Source: Gracilinanus agilis (lineage: Eukaryota). From it: a stretch of 64,000 nucleotides of DNA. The position numbers and the translations under genes were made by a program. The stretch is taken from positions 398,457,195 through 398,521,194 of the forward strand of contig NC_058133.1 in the NCBI RefSeq assembly GCF_016433145.1. Direction: 5' to 3'. Every line of letters begins with the position of its first letter. The first letter of the stretch is position 1. The notes under the pieces were generated by a model. The model was not told where the DNA came from. It did not search any database and saw only the letters and a list, made by a program, of their open reading frames with translations. Below are positions 1 through 12,899 of the stretch, one piece after another.

Positions 1-110
1 ATTTTAGCCAATCTGCTAGGTGTGAGGTGATACCTCAGAGTTGTTTTGATTTGCATTTCTCTAATTATTAGAGATTTGGAACACTTTCTCATGTGCTTAT
101 TGATGAATAT
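1..110 (-). mobile_element. LINE-1 ORF2 3' fragment (continues off the left edge)
   Basis: ttagccaatctgctaggtgtgaggtgatacctcagagttgttttgatttgcatttctct is the typical antisense L1 ORF2 C-terminal sequence. Confidence 0.8.
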
Positions 111-1189
111 GATTTTTTGATTCTGAAGGCACTTCAGGATCCTTCGGTATCCCTGAGGATTCTTAGCACTGATTTGTAGTTACTATAGTGTATATGTTTG
201 TGTACGTATATGTTTTTGAATATGTGTATATGAAAGTATTTGCGTGTGTTTTTTTTTTCTGGGATCTCCTCTCCATCACAAGGGGAGTTGTGTATGCTCA
301 CAGATAAGTGATGCCAATGGATGTATCTTCCACAGAAAAATACATTTGAAATCCCAAGAGACAAACCTCTCTGCAAGCTCATGAAAGCACTCAAGAAATG
401 AACTCTGTTGATCAGCACCTTAAACTTGTTTTTCCAATCAGCCAGTAAAACAACCCTCACTATCGCTAAAGAAAACTGAAAACAATTTAGGTCAATTCTT
501 GATGCTCTTTGGTCCTTGCTTTTCTTTTTTAAAGAAATATCTCTTTTGATAATGTTTTTTCTGCCTGAAATAGTGGGGCCAGGGAGGTTAAAATGGGGAG
601 GTTCAGGTTGGCGCCCGTTTTAATGGTTTGAATCACCTGTCCATGTTTTGGAGCAACCAATCTCTTTACAAATACATAGAACTAAACAACTAGACATCAG
701 TCTAAAAATAAGTCCGAGACCTTTAATTGGAAGTAGCTTTTCATGTCCAGGTTCTTCATTTTTCCCCCAGTAGGTAAATGATACATCATTTTAGAAGGCT
801 GCAGTCTCAAAGAACATTTTCATCATAACAAGTAGCATTTAAGATTTACAAGAGGTTAGGGAAATGTAGTTTCAATTTAGTGATTGTTTTTATATGTATT
901 CACTTCCTGTTGCCCCAGGACCTCAGTGAAATGCTATTTGTTCCACTGAGTAATTATTTCAGATCTCTTAATTGATAGGCAGCCACATATATATGCAGCT
1001 TTTTACTTACTGAATATATTCATTTCAGGAAAACAAGCAAGAGGAACATGGTTGTGTGAGATTTCATTAAAACTTGGCTTTACTCCTAGAATCATAGATT
1101 TAGGAAAGGACCTTGAGAGGTTATCTAGTTCAGTCCCCTCCCTCTAGACTGTATGATAGTTTAATAAACCTCAAAGGTTTTTCATATAT

Positions 1190-1391
1190 TTCTTTTTTTT
1201 AAATGCTTACTTTCCATCTCAGAATCAATACTATGTATTGGCTCTAAGACAGAAGAGTGGCAAGGGCGAGTAGTGGGGTTTAAATGACTTGCTCTGGGTC
1301 AGAGAGCTAGGAAGGGTCTGAGGCCACATGTGAACCCAGGATCTCCTATCTCTAGGACTGGCTCTCTATCCACCAAGCCACTTAGCTGCCC
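1190..1391 (-). mobile_element. SINE1_Mdo-like opossum CORE-SINE
   Basis: T-tail, then ctcagaatcaatact...aagacagaagagtggcaagggc...ggtttaaatgacttgc...gaacccagg...ctatccaccaagccacttagctgccc (reverse of the SINE head). Confidence 0.85.
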
Positions 1392-1429
1392 TCTTCCCTA
1401 CATTTCTTATCATTCTCCTGGGAAAGGTA

Positions 1430-1565
1430 TATACAGTTTATATATAACATGGAGATAGTAAGCCCTGATGTCCTTACCTCATAGAGTTGTAAGCTTCAAG
1501 GGAGATAGTATTTATAAAAGTGCCCCACAAGCTTTAAAGGACCATATAAATATCCATCATTATTT
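1430..1565 (+). mobile_element. MIR 3' fragment
   Basis: taacatggagatagt...cttacctcatagagttgtaag...aaagtgccccacaagctttaaaggaccatataaat resembles the MIR tail. Confidence 0.55.
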
Positions 1566-1624
1566 AGTACTGTTACTTCTGGTATATGAACTCATTTAAT
1601 TGGAAAAGCAAACAAGTTTAGCTA

Positions 1625-1790
1625 TGCCAATAAGCATTTATTAAGTGCTTACTATATGTCAGGAACTACACTAAGCCCTAGGGATACAAATAGTACCTGC
1701 TCTCAAAAGATTTACAGTTTAATGGGGGAACAACATAGAATTAGGTACATTCAGAATATCTATGGGGTAAACTAGAGATAACCAGCAGAG
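1625..1790 (-). mobile_element. LINE-2 3' end
   Basis: caataagcatttattaagtgcttactatatgtcaggaactacactaagccctagggatac is the reverse of the L2 3' terminus. Confidence 0.8.
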
Positions 1791-1859
1791 GGAATGGACT
1801 AGCATGTGGTATGGGAGGAGAAAAACCAGGAGAGAACAGTGTCAAGAATGCTTAAAATG

Positions 1860-2135
1860 GGAAGGAAGGAAGGAAAAGGCAGTAAGTATTAAATAGCACC
1901 TAGTTTGTTCCAGGTACTATGTTAAGCACCTTACTACAAACATTATTTCATTTGATCCTCATAACAATTTTGAGAAGTAAATGCTATTATTATCCTCATT
2001 TTACAAATGTGGAAACTGAGGCAAACAGAAGTGAAGCAACGTGCACAGAGTTATATAGCTACTATGTATCTGAGATCAGATTTAAACTCATTTCCTGATT
2101 CTAGACCCATCACTCTATTGCACAACTACCTGCTT
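1860..2135 (-). mobile_element. MIR/Mar-type CORE-SINE
   Basis: tttcatttgatcctcataacaa...attatcctcattttacaaatgtggaaactgaggcaaacagaagtgaag is the reverse CORE motif. Confidence 0.8.
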
Positions 2136-2421
2136 CAAGAGAAGACAGTATAAAGGAGAAGAGGGTGATCAATAGTGTCAAAGGGTACAGATACAGAGAG
2201 GATGGATACTTGCAAGATGGTTGAGGACTGAGAAAAGGCTATTTATTTAGCAATTAACAAATTATTGGTAACTTAATTAATCTGTCCTATTCCCATTTGT
2301 AATTTTAGACCATTGCTTGATATTTTGTATACTCAGTGGAAACAGAATATAGATGATCAACTGCCTTCTTTTTACACACATTTAAAGTCTAGAACTTTTA
2401 TTTTACTGGCAAGGACTTTAG

Positions 2422-2565
2422 GAACCCAGGTTAGCTCTAGAATACCATGAGACAATAGATGATGACAACAGTGGAAATTTCAAGGACAGGTGTTTGTCTT
2501 TGGAGGATGAGCATGAGGATGTGCAGCTGAGCATGGAGATCACCAAAGAACCGGACACCAAGTAA
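2422..2565 (+). CDS. Putative terminal coding exon of an unidentified gene (EPRLALEYHETIDDDNSGNFKDRCLSLEDEHEDVQLSMEITKEPDTK*)
   Basis: ctttag acceptor at 2421 after a T-rich tract; 47 open codons with coding-like G-initial codon bias; tandem TAA TGA stop; followed by AT-rich UTR-like sequence; not repeat-like. Protein not recognised. Confidence 0.5.
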   Translation, partial: EPRLALEYHETIDDDNSGNFKDRCLSLEDEHEDVQLSMEITKEPDTK

Positions 2566-3526
2566 TGATTTTTATATCACATTTTCCTTGAGACAAAGGA
2601 GATATTTATAGATATAAGGCAAACACATACTTGTTTTGTTATTTAAAATCTCCTTCAGGACTTTGAATCTCATTTTCCAACACTTAGAAGGCATATGAAG
2701 CAGATCGGTATCTGAATCTCTTCTCTCTCTGGATTCTTGAATTAGTTGGCTCCAAAAACATATTCAAATTTCAACAGAAGATTGGAGGCTTTGGAATTCC
2801 TGAGCTTTAGAAAAGTTCCTTACTTCTGTAGTTATATATAGTCAGTTGTTATACCAATTTGGAGTCTCCACCAATACTAAGATAAATACTGAGGAATGCC
2901 CTCAACCCAAGGATCTGCATGCTATTGAAAGCAAGGTTTCTTTTTATCAATATGACATTCCCCCAATGACTAAAGAACATGACACAAAGACTTAAAAACC
3001 TGTAATGGCACCTGGTTGTAAAGTGCACTTTGTTTTTACTCAGGGAGAGAGGAATCTTCTATGATTAGAGGGGAAGGAAAGCAAGCTGGAAGCTTCAGAA
3101 ACCAGAAGTATCATATTATAAGAAAAATCAGTAGCCAAGATATCTATTGTCAGTTGAGAGGCAGATTTAGAAAGCACTGTCCAGAGCAGAAACTCATTAA
3201 ATATTGAGACCAAAAATGGGCTTCAAAGGACATGTGAAAAGACATGGTGTGTGGTCAGATGTTAGTAGGGGTGAGGGACAGCATTAGGTTTCAGGAGATC
3301 CATCCCAAGATGAAAAAATGGGATTAAAAAGTCTGATAAAAGATTTCCTCATTCAGCTGAATTCAGTTTTCTTGAGGTGGTTGCTTGTTTTTATGTGGGC
3401 TCAGCCCCACCCTGCATCTGTCTTAAATTACCCTACAGTCAGACAGTTCAAGCTCCCACAAATTCGATTTGGTCCTCATGGCAATGACACTTTTGTAAAT
3501 GATAATGGAAACAGGACTAAGCAATG

Positions 3527-3643
3527 AATGTTAAATGACTTGCCCAGGATCACACAGCTTGAAAATGTCTGAGGTCATATTTGAAACTAGGACCTCCCCT
3601 CTCTAGACCTGGCTGTCAATCCCCTGAGCCACCTAGCTGTCCC
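3527..3643 (-). mobile_element. SINE1_Mdo-like SINE, 5' part
   Basis: gttaaatgacttgcccaggatcacacagct...gtctgaggtcatatttgaaactaggacc...ctgagccacctagctgtccc. Confidence 0.75.
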
Positions 3644-4659
3644 CAGAAAGTTTTTTGGAAATCAAGAGTTTTGAAAACCAGAGACATATGGTCACAATGT
3701 TTTTGATAGCTCTTCAGAGGGCCATTAATCTGTGGATGCATTAAAAAGCTTTGTTGTGTGAAGCAGGGACCCAGAAGGTGACTTTATGATGAAGTTGGAT
3801 TAGAGATATATAGAAAAATGAAATATTAATTCTAGGTGGCTGGGGAAGCATTTAATTTCAGGATAGAACATCTCACAATATTTAAAATGCATAGTAATTA
3901 TATTTCTTTGAGTCTCATTTATAAGAGCATTAGGTTATTTACATCATATTGGTATTTAAACACAACAAATCAAACACAAATGACCAAACATATTTATTCA
4001 GGAAGAAAATAAATGAACATTAAGTTAATACAAGGCTTTCTTTCCCAGAAATTATGCATATCACAGTAGGGCTTGAGGCCCTGTGGGTTTGTTCCGAAAA
4101 TGGGAGAGAGAACATTCTCTTATGAGGACTAAGCTTCATACTTGTTGAGTCAATGTATATTTATTGAGTGCCTACTCTATGCACGACATGGTATTCCTTT
4201 ACATTCCTTTATATTTTGAATAACACATCTTGAAATTTTATCTTAAAATAGCATAGTTTTATATTCCCCTCATTTCCTCCCCCTGACCCTGATAGTTTTA
4301 CTCCAAATCTAACTTGGGAGCCCGGAGTGAATTGTAATCTTGATATTCTGTCATCCTCAGCTACTTTTTCAACCTTTTTGATAAAGAATTATCACTTGTC
4401 TGGAATTATGCAAAAATCAGTGGCAATGTTAATTGAAATCTAGATCTTATAACCTTTCCTTCAAACATTTCTCACTCCTGTAGCAACAGACTACTTTCAG
4501 TGTATCTACTTAATTATACTTTATATAAATACTTAATAATTGCTATTAATGTTGGTTAATGAGGCAACTGGTATTTTTGACAGAGAGGACTGGAGTGAGA
4601 TGGAGGAGGTGGGGAGAAGGGAGTAAAATATGCTGTAGTGATCCTGGATCACCCACTTA

Positions 4660-5030
4660 ACAATCTATGTGGCTTTGACCAAATCATTTATTCTCTTTAT
4701 GACATCATCTTTATATTCCAAGGTGTTTCTTCATCTGTAAAATGGGGATAATAGTATCATTCACCTCCCAGGATTATTGTGAAGATAAAATTAGATAATA
4801 ATTATAAAGCCTTTTGTAAACCTTAAATTGCTATCTAAATGCTGTTATTAACATCATATCATCATCACTTGGGAAAAAGGACTGGATTTAGAGTCACAGG
4901 ACTTGGATTTGAATCCCGGTTCTGCAACTGATAAACTGGCATGTAAATCACCTTACCTCTTGGAATCTCAGTTCTTCCTCTGTAGAAAAAGGACACTGGA
5001 ATAGATGCCCATTAAGGTTTTTAAATCTAT
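4660..5030 (+). mobile_element. Two adjacent MIR-family SINEs
   Basis: catctgtaaaatggggataatagt...cacctcccaggattattgtgaagataaaattagata, followed by ggactggatttagagtcacaggacttggatttgaatcccgg. Confidence 0.7.
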
Positions 5031-5039
5031 GATTCTGCC

Positions 5040-5420
5040 CTTGAACCTTCTCTCTTCTTTCTACACCTTCTCTCATGTTGTCACCAACACTTAAGCCTCA
5101 AGATATCATCTCTGTACTGAATATTTCCAAACTGATCTTTTCACCCTTTATTTCTCTTTTCTAGAATATTCTGCTCTTGTGTTATTACAAATTTATTGAT
5201 GCCTCTATCTACATTTCCCCCTACAACTTACTTCTCTTTCTAATTCCTGTTTTCACTGATGGTAGATAACGCCATCTTTCTAGTCATCCATACCCATAAC
5301 CTTGGAGTCATTTTTGATTCTTCCCACTATTTTACCCAGAACACATTCAGTCAGTTGTCATCTTCTGTCAATTCTCTGAAATATCTTCAACCAATTCCAA
5401 CTCAATCCCTACTGTAATCA
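5040..5420 (+). mobile_element. LINE-2 internal fragment
   Basis: Pyrimidine-rich, with L2-like motifs catctctgtactgaatatttccaaact and cataaccttggagtcatttttgattcttc. Confidence 0.5.
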
Positions 5421-5444
5421 ATCTCATTTAGTCTTTCAACTCTT

Positions 5445-5620
5445 TTTTCACAGTACTTCTTTGAGGTCTGTAATGCAAATATTGTCATCTCCATTTTAAA
5501 GATGGGGATGAGGAAACTGAAGTCCAGAGAACTAGTGACTTTTTTAGTGTTGATTATACAGCTATGTGAGGACTTGAACCCATGTCTACTGGGGCTAGAA
5601 TGAGAGCTCTTAGCATTCTA
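5445..5620 (-). mobile_element. MIR
   Basis: catctccattttaaagatggggatgaggaaactgaagtccagaga...gacttgaaccc. Confidence 0.65.
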
Positions 5621-5945
5621 TCATGAAGAAAGTATTTTATAAATCATAAAATACAATATAAATGTAAACTAATCAGGCTTCCATTGGGAGTCCAAATGTC
5701 ACCATTTCATTATCATTGATGAAAGTAATCACTCTAAAATGAACACTGCCATATTCCATTTCATTGTGCCTTAATAATATCAACAACTATTCATGTTTTA
5801 AGTTGTTTCAGATTTTAGCTGTGTGCTTCCTAGGACCCTTTGCTCCTTCTCCTTCCCACTTCTCCCACTCAATCACCATGGGTGCAGGCACAGATGGGAG
5901 CCATATTGATAGAACTGAAGATCATTTTGTATTTTTATTCATTTC

Positions 5946-6537
5946 TGTAATGTACAGAAATGGTCAACCATTTTCTATGGGTGCAAAATAGCAGTTGGCC
6001 CGTTTAGAACACAGAACCTGGCAAGGCAGCCCTGGGCATATGCCAGTCTGGCAGCTGGGAAAGGAGTATAAATTGAGGTGCACAAACCCCTCAACCCCAC
6101 TTCTTCTTCTTTGGTTTGGGAGGCAGGAGGTTGTCTGTTGTCTGGGCCCTGGGAGGAGGGAGATTGGTATAGGTAGGCAGGCAGGGTTTAAACTACATTG
6201 CTAGCTACAACAATCACCTTAGTATTGATAAGGCCACTGAGCTTTAATTATCAGACAAGAGCATCTCATCAAACCATCCAGAATCAACAACAGCCTCTGA
6301 GCCAGGGGAGACTCTCAAAGACCCCTGGACTCAGCACCTAGGCCAACTTTCTATTTAGACATTAGCATAATTTATTATACTTATTACTAAGTTGAAACTA
6401 AATAGGGTTCACCTACTTCCCTCTCTCCCATCTGCCAGTTTACCTTTCTGTCAATTAACCCAAATAAAACCAGTTAATCTTCAAGCCTCTGATAGTCTTT
6501 AAGAGTTGATACTTACTTTACCTTACTGAAGACAACA
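5946..6537 (+). mobile_element. Probable solo LTR (ERV-derived)
   Basis: Begins tgtaat and ends ...gacaaca; TATA-like gagtataaattg near 6065; AATAAA near 6464; higher GC than flanks. No clear TSD. Confidence 0.5.
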
Positions 6538-7434
6538 TTATTTTATATATTATCATAGTCAGATCATGGAAACTAGCTCAGCTGATCCAATTATATCTAG
6601 ATCAAACTTGTGTTAGATCTTTAAATATTGTTAAGGTCCCAGGAAGTTAAGACCAATTTCCTAGTTACCTCTAAGCCAACTAATTCCTTAGAGCTATTAG
6701 TAAGGCACTAAGCCTGTCATAGAATTCCATCATTCTTTAGTGAAGCTTTACCAGGCTGTTGTAGGAAGCAAACCTCTGATTTCATAACTTGGCTAAACAA
6801 CAGTGCTTCTCTGAATTAATAAATAATAGGACCTTAACCCACTTTCATAACATTTCACAGGTTCGAATGTGTCCCCTACCACCCCTCTCCCACTAGGAAA
6901 TCATCACCTGGTGGCATTTAATCCCTGTACAACACGACTCCCATCTAACTTTCTAATATTTTTTCATATTATTCTCCTTGACATACTTCCCCCATTCCAG
7001 TCAAACTCACCTGCTTACTATTCTATTTTCTATACAGGATACTCCATATCCCATATTTGTGTTTTATACTGGTGCTATTCTATGACTAAATTTATTAATA
7101 AAAATATCTTAAGGAGTAGTATAAAAGGTCATGGGAAAAATTGACTGAGAAATTATCTATAGCTATCACTCAATGCTCTTATTTTACATCTCTTTAAATT
7201 AATTGATTTTCTTTTTATTATAAACTTAAACATCAGTACCCAATAAATATTTCAATATATAGAGAATGGCAAATTGTATGTGAAACTATGAGCTGTTACA
7301 TAGTTTTTGCAAAAGTATATTATATTTAACAGAATAATAACCAAATTGCCTTGCGTTTTAGTACCCCTACTTCCTTCTTCTCTCAAGTGTGTACTTTTTA
7401 AATGTTATATTGAAATTCTTTTCTTTTTTTTTAC

Positions 7435-7705
7435 TACATTATCATTAATAATGAACCACTAGCATTTGTACAGTGCTTTTTAAGGTTTGCAGAGTACTTT
7501 ACAAACATTATCTCATTTGAACTTTTATAACAACCTTTGGAGGCAGGTTCTGTTATTAGACTCAATTTATAAATCACAAAATTGAGACAAATGAGACTAA
7601 GTGACTTGCCCAAGGTCACATAGCTACTATGTTTCTTCAGCCACATTTAAACTCAGACCTCCCTGATTTCAGGTCTAGTACTCTCTTCATCCATTGGGAT
7701 ACCTA
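7435..7705 (-). mobile_element. MIR/Mar-type SINE
   Basis: aaacattatctcatttgaac...gagactaagtgacttgcccaaggtcacatagcta...aactcagacctccctgatttcaggtctag. Confidence 0.75.
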
Positions 7706-7759
7706 GTTACTAATACTTCCATCAACAATTCCTTCCCTTTTAAGTCTCATTTTGAACCT

Positions 7760-8900
7760 TCTAGTCCATCACCCCTTTACCAAGAGATAAGAATTATATC
7801 TCATCATAAATCTTCTGAAATCATGATTGGTCATTGCATTGATCAGAATTTTAAAGTCTTGTAAAGTTTTTTTCTTTTACTTTATTGTAATCATTATGTA
7901 GTTTTTATTGTCTGGTTTGGCTCACTTCACTTGGCTTCAACTCATACAAGTTTGCCAAGTGCGTCTAAAATTTCATCAGTTCAAATGATGTAGTAATGTT
8001 CATATACCATAATTTGTTCAGCCATTCCTCAATTGATGGGCACCCCTTTTGTTTACAGTCCTTTAATACAACATAGTATAAATGTTTATGTAGATATGAG
8101 GACTTTCCCTCTGTCTTTGATCTGTTTGGTATATATACCTAGAAGAGATGCTGGTGGGTCATGGGATATTTACAGTTTAGTGACTGGATATATTTTTAAA
8201 TTGTTTTCCAGAATGGTTGGATCAATTAGGAAATTGACTAACAATACATTTGTATTCCTGCCTTCTATAGATATTTCAATGATTTCAATTTTCCTTTTTT
8301 TTTTGTCATTTTTAAAATTCTCAAAACTGGTAGATCTTCAGAATTGTTTTAATTTGGATCTCTTGTAATTTGGAGCATTTTATTATGGCTATTTATAGCT
8401 TGAATTTCTTTAATTGAGAATCTACGTGTTTCCTTCAACCATTTTTATGTTGAAGAATACTTCTTATTCTTATATATTTGTATCAATTCCATATCTTAGA
8501 CATAGGACTTTTTTTTTTCAGAGAAATTGTGGCAGAGATTTTTCCTTGTTAATTATTTTTATTCTAAATCTGACTGTGTTGATTTTCCTTAAGTGAAAGT
8601 GTTTTAATTTTATGTGATTGAAATTGTACTTTATCATTATCTTTATGCCTTGTTTGGTCAAGAAATCTCCCTCTATCTAAAACTGTAAAAGGCACCTCCT
8701 TTCTTTCTCTTCTATATAGATCACGTATCCATTTTGAGCTTATTTTGATCTATGGTGGGGTATGTCTTGGTCTAAACCTTATTTTGATAGGGAGCTTTAC
8801 ATTTTTACTAGCAGTTTTTGTCAAGCTGGGGAGTCTTTATCTCAGCAGTGTTCTTGGGTTTCATAGAATACTTTGCTTTTTCAGTTCATTTGCTTCTGAG
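7760..8900 (-). mobile_element. Old LINE-1 3' region
   Basis: ataatttgttcagccattcctcaattgatgggcaccc, ttttccagaatggttggatcaatt and related antisense L1 motifs. Confidence 0.7.
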
Positions 8901-8914
8901 TCTTTTTTAGGTGC

Positions 8915-9100
8915 TTCGATGGACAGAGCATTAGATTTGGAAGGCAGAAACCTGTGTGCAAAACTAGCCCAAAACATATATTAGCTTCAATTCTTCCATT
9001 TGTTAAATGAGGATTATAAATATGCTTTTTCCCCAGAGAAATTATGAGGACAAAATGAGATTTATGCAAACCAAAAACACTATATAAATGTAATTATTAT
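8915..9100 (+). mobile_element. MIR
   Basis: gatggacagagcattagatttggaaggcagaaacctg...gcttcaattcttccatttgttaaatgaggatt. Confidence 0.65.
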
Positions 9101-9474
9101 TAACTTATTGTAATGATTAAGTTTTTAAAAGTTTCTTAACCAGTAACAAAAAGTTTAGATGACCACTACTTTGCAGTGCAGTTTGAGATCCGTTATTTTA
9201 TATGTATACATTTTTCATTATTTCCCTTCATCTTCTTCTTGTTTTATTCCTTCATGTATTCTCATCATTTTTAAAAAAATGGGTGCTCTATTTTGTTATA
9301 GTCTTTTCTAGTATCAAAATTTTCTGAGAAGAGGTTGGTATAAAACACACATAAATAACTAATTTATGTGTGTAAATATAGACATATATACACATATTTA
9401 TATATGTGCACAATGCATACATACGTTCTTTCTTATATTAAGCATATACACACATACATAAAACACTGATAGCC

Positions 9475-10377
9475 ATTCCTCATTAAACAGATGGTCAAGA
9501 GATATGAACAAATAGTTCTGAAGAGAATTGTAAAGTATCAAAATCATATGAAAAAAATACTAAATCACTAACAGTAGGAGGAATTCAAATCAGAATAATT
9601 CTGAGATTTCACTTCATACCCACTAAAGTGGCAAAAAGAATAAAACATGGAAATAGTCTACGGTACAGGGATTGTGGAATGAGGAGCACAACAATGCTTT
9701 TTTGATGCAGGTATGAAATTGTATAATCATTCGGTAAAGCAATTTGGCATTATGTAAATAAAATGATTCAAATGTCTTTGAACTAAAGGTTCTATCCTCC
9801 AAGGAAGATAACAATAAGAAGAAAGTTCCCATGTATGACAAAATATTTATAAGTAGTACTTTTTGTGATAGCAAATAGTTGGAAACAAAGTAGATACCCA
9901 TCAATTGGGAAATGACTAAACAAATTGTAGTAAATGAATGCCATGGAATATTGTGTGTGAAATCATGTGCATGGTGAATACAGAGAAGCATGGACAGAAC
10001 TATGTGAATTGATGCTGGGTAAAAAATATACAGAGTAACTACAATAATATAAATGAAAGCTTCTCACTAAAAAAAATCAAAAGTGAATATAACAAGATTA
10101 CAAAAATCAAGCAGAATTTGAAGAGCTATAATATAAACAGCTATAACAGGACATCCCAACCCACCCTTTGTGGAGGTGGAAAGATCCACAGGTGTTATAC
10201 ATTACACATGTTTTAAAACTTCTTTAATGTATTGATCAATTACACTGATTTTTCTCTCTCTTTAACCAATAATATTTGTTATATGGTATGACTTTCTGCA
10301 AAGGGCAGGCTGAAGGCTACTTGAGATATCTGTGGCATTGTAAGAAACAAAATAGAACAATAAAATCATTTTTAAAA
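9475..10377 (+). mobile_element. LINE-1 3' end, sense orientation
   Basis: aaatcagaataattctgagatttcacttcataccc, aattggaaacaaagtagatacccatcaattgggaaatgactaaacaaattg-like motifs; terminal aataaaatcatttttaaaa. Confidence 0.8.
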
Positions 10378-10389
10378 GACTTTTCTGCG

Positions 10390-11220
10390 CTTATTCATAT
10401 AATGATGTGATTGATATAATCTTTTAAATTAATAAGGTCTATTATTTTTCTAGTTTTTCTAATGTTTGAACAAACTTAATTTCCTTGTATAAATCTAACT
10501 TAGTCATGGTATAAAATATTTTAATGTATTTTTTATCATTTGTTAATATTTTATTCAATTGTTCTGAATTGATATTCATTCATGTTAGTTTTAGTTGTCA
10601 TCTTTAATTACTCTATAGCTCAGTTACTAGGTTATCAGAATCATTTTTTCAAATAAAGAGCTTAATATTATATCTTCTTAATTTTTTCAAATGAATTTTT
10701 AATATCAATGCTAATTTTTCCTTAGATATTTGGTAAAATTTGCTTATAAATCAAGATAGGCCTGAGCATTTGTTTTCATGACTTGGTTCATTGTTTCATT
10801 TCTTTTTCCTGAGGTTGAGCTATCTAAATTCTATATTTCTGCTTTAGTAAGTCAGAATATCTTATATTTTTGTAAGTATTTGTTAATTTTAGTTGTTTTT
10901 AGAGTTCATGTGTATCATTAGACAAAGGTTTATTTGACTTTATTTTAATATTTCTTGTCTCCTTGAATCATTAGGTTATATTTATTCCACATTATTTTTC
11001 AGTGAGTCTACTACTTGGATCATATTTTCTATTTGCTATTCGAATCCTTCTACCATCTTTTTAATTCTCTTTATTTTATTTCATTTCTCTTTTTATCTTT
11101 TGTTATATTTATCTAATCCATTCTTAGAGCTTTGTGGTTCAGTTTTTCTCTCATTTTGATCTACTTGTATGCAGTGTGATGAGAGTTATCTCCCAGATGT
11201 AGAATAGAGGTGTCATTATC
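10390..11220 (-). mobile_element. Highly decayed LINE-1 fragments
   Basis: T-rich, with antisense L1-like motifs (ggtataaatctaacttagtcatggtataaaat-like). Confidence 0.45.
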
Positions 11221-11739
11221 TAGCTCAGAGAGGGTCAGAATAGTGTCTTCTCCCCTGACATTCTCCAGGGGAGAATTTAATTTCTGTCTCTGGGGCAGCA
11301 AGGCTTTGGGGCAGAAGCTTGGCTACTTCTCAGAAAGTTAGGGTACTGGGCTAGAAGTGTATCTATCTTCTCCCAAAAATATTGCTAATTCTAGTGTATG
11401 TCTTTGTTTATGCCTTATAGTTTTCAGACAGATTTTAAGAGCTTAGAAATGAAGTGAGGAGGTGTATATCAAGAGTTAGCTTGGAAGAACCAGCAACACA
11501 AATATTCAGTGAAAAAATATCCATTGAAAGAAGAAAGTACAACTAAGCTATGGCAGAAAAGGAAGAAACCAAGTAGTTCTAGTGGTCAGAGTGGTTGGAG
11601 AAGACTCAGCCTCATGCCACTAGTTGTATCTACTTCTTCAACAACTAAAATAAGTACCAGGAAAAGGTTTTCCATTTCTCTAGTTTCCCCTTCCTGGTGA
11701 AGCCCTGTAATTCACTCTTACTATTTATCCTTTGTTTAG

Positions 11740-12030
11740 TAGATGACCAATGACATCATGGGGTGATATCTTGACTTGCTCGTGAATTGGATTTAAGTGA
11801 GGCAAAATTGCATGAAGTCATCAGCCTCATTCTCTTTTCCCAGAGCCATCAAAGTCAAGTGGCAAGACAAAAGTCAAGAGAACTGGTGAACTGGGATGCA
11901 GTAAATGACCTTGGCTTCTTTGATTTATGAGCACCTCTAAACACTCCATAGCACCTGCTTCAGCCACTTTCTTGTTCATTGGAACAAATTGTTCTGATCT
12001 GCCCTTCACCAAGAGAAGTCTTCGCATGCT
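11740..12030 (+). mobile_element. Marsupial RTE-related 5' segment or RTE-derived SINE
   Basis: gtgaattggatttaagtgaggcaaaattgcatgaagtcatcagcctcattctc...ccatcaaagtcaagtggcaagacaaaagtcaaga is a common marsupial RTE-family motif. Confidence 0.6.
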
Positions 12031-12899
12031 TGAGGTATATTATATTATATTAAATATAATTTCATTTGAGCAGCAAAGGAGGAAACCATGAGGACCTGGG
12101 CAGCCATTATATAATGCCCCTTAGCTTAAAATGAACTAATTATTGTAATGGGGTGTTAGAGTCATTTAGATTGGCAGTCAACTACTAGAAAATGGTGGCA
12201 TTCTTTGATTCCAGTTCAATTGTATATGGAATATCACATTGGCTCCATCCTTCTAGAGGGTTTCCTAAGTATGCATAACTAGTTTGCCTCTGCCTCTAGA
12301 TTATCTCATCTCTTGAAAACCGAGAGACTGCTGACTTCAGACCCCATTTACTAGAGATCTTATTATATTTCTATTCTTTCATGTGCCCATAACTGGAGCA
12401 CTGGCAAACTTCTGCTTAACTTCTTGTGTAGTTCTTGATGGATTGGAGGAGCTTGCTGGTGTTTCATTTTTGTTTGATTAATCTTGCTTCATCTGACATC
12501 CATTTCTGTCTTTGAGGAATTTCTTAGAGAAATTAGGTTTGGCCATAACCTTTCATATCATCATCTTTCCTGGAAGTCTATCTCCATAAAAGTCTTATTA
12601 GAATGAATTATATACACACCAGGAATTTCCTTGATGAAAACATAAGAAGAGCATTGGTAGATTTTCACTGATAATTATCCATCACAAAGCACATCTTTAA
12701 AGAATACAAGATATCTCTGTATATATTGTTTACTTATGCTAGCACTTCAAAGATTTTTTATTTCATCAACGTGTGTGCTTCCTTTACAGATACATATTAT
12801 AAACCTCTTTGTACTTCATTAGATAGATTTTATGAGTTTCTGAGATTGAAAATAACACCAGTTAGTGGCCAAATTTTTGGCAAACATTTTGGAACTTAA

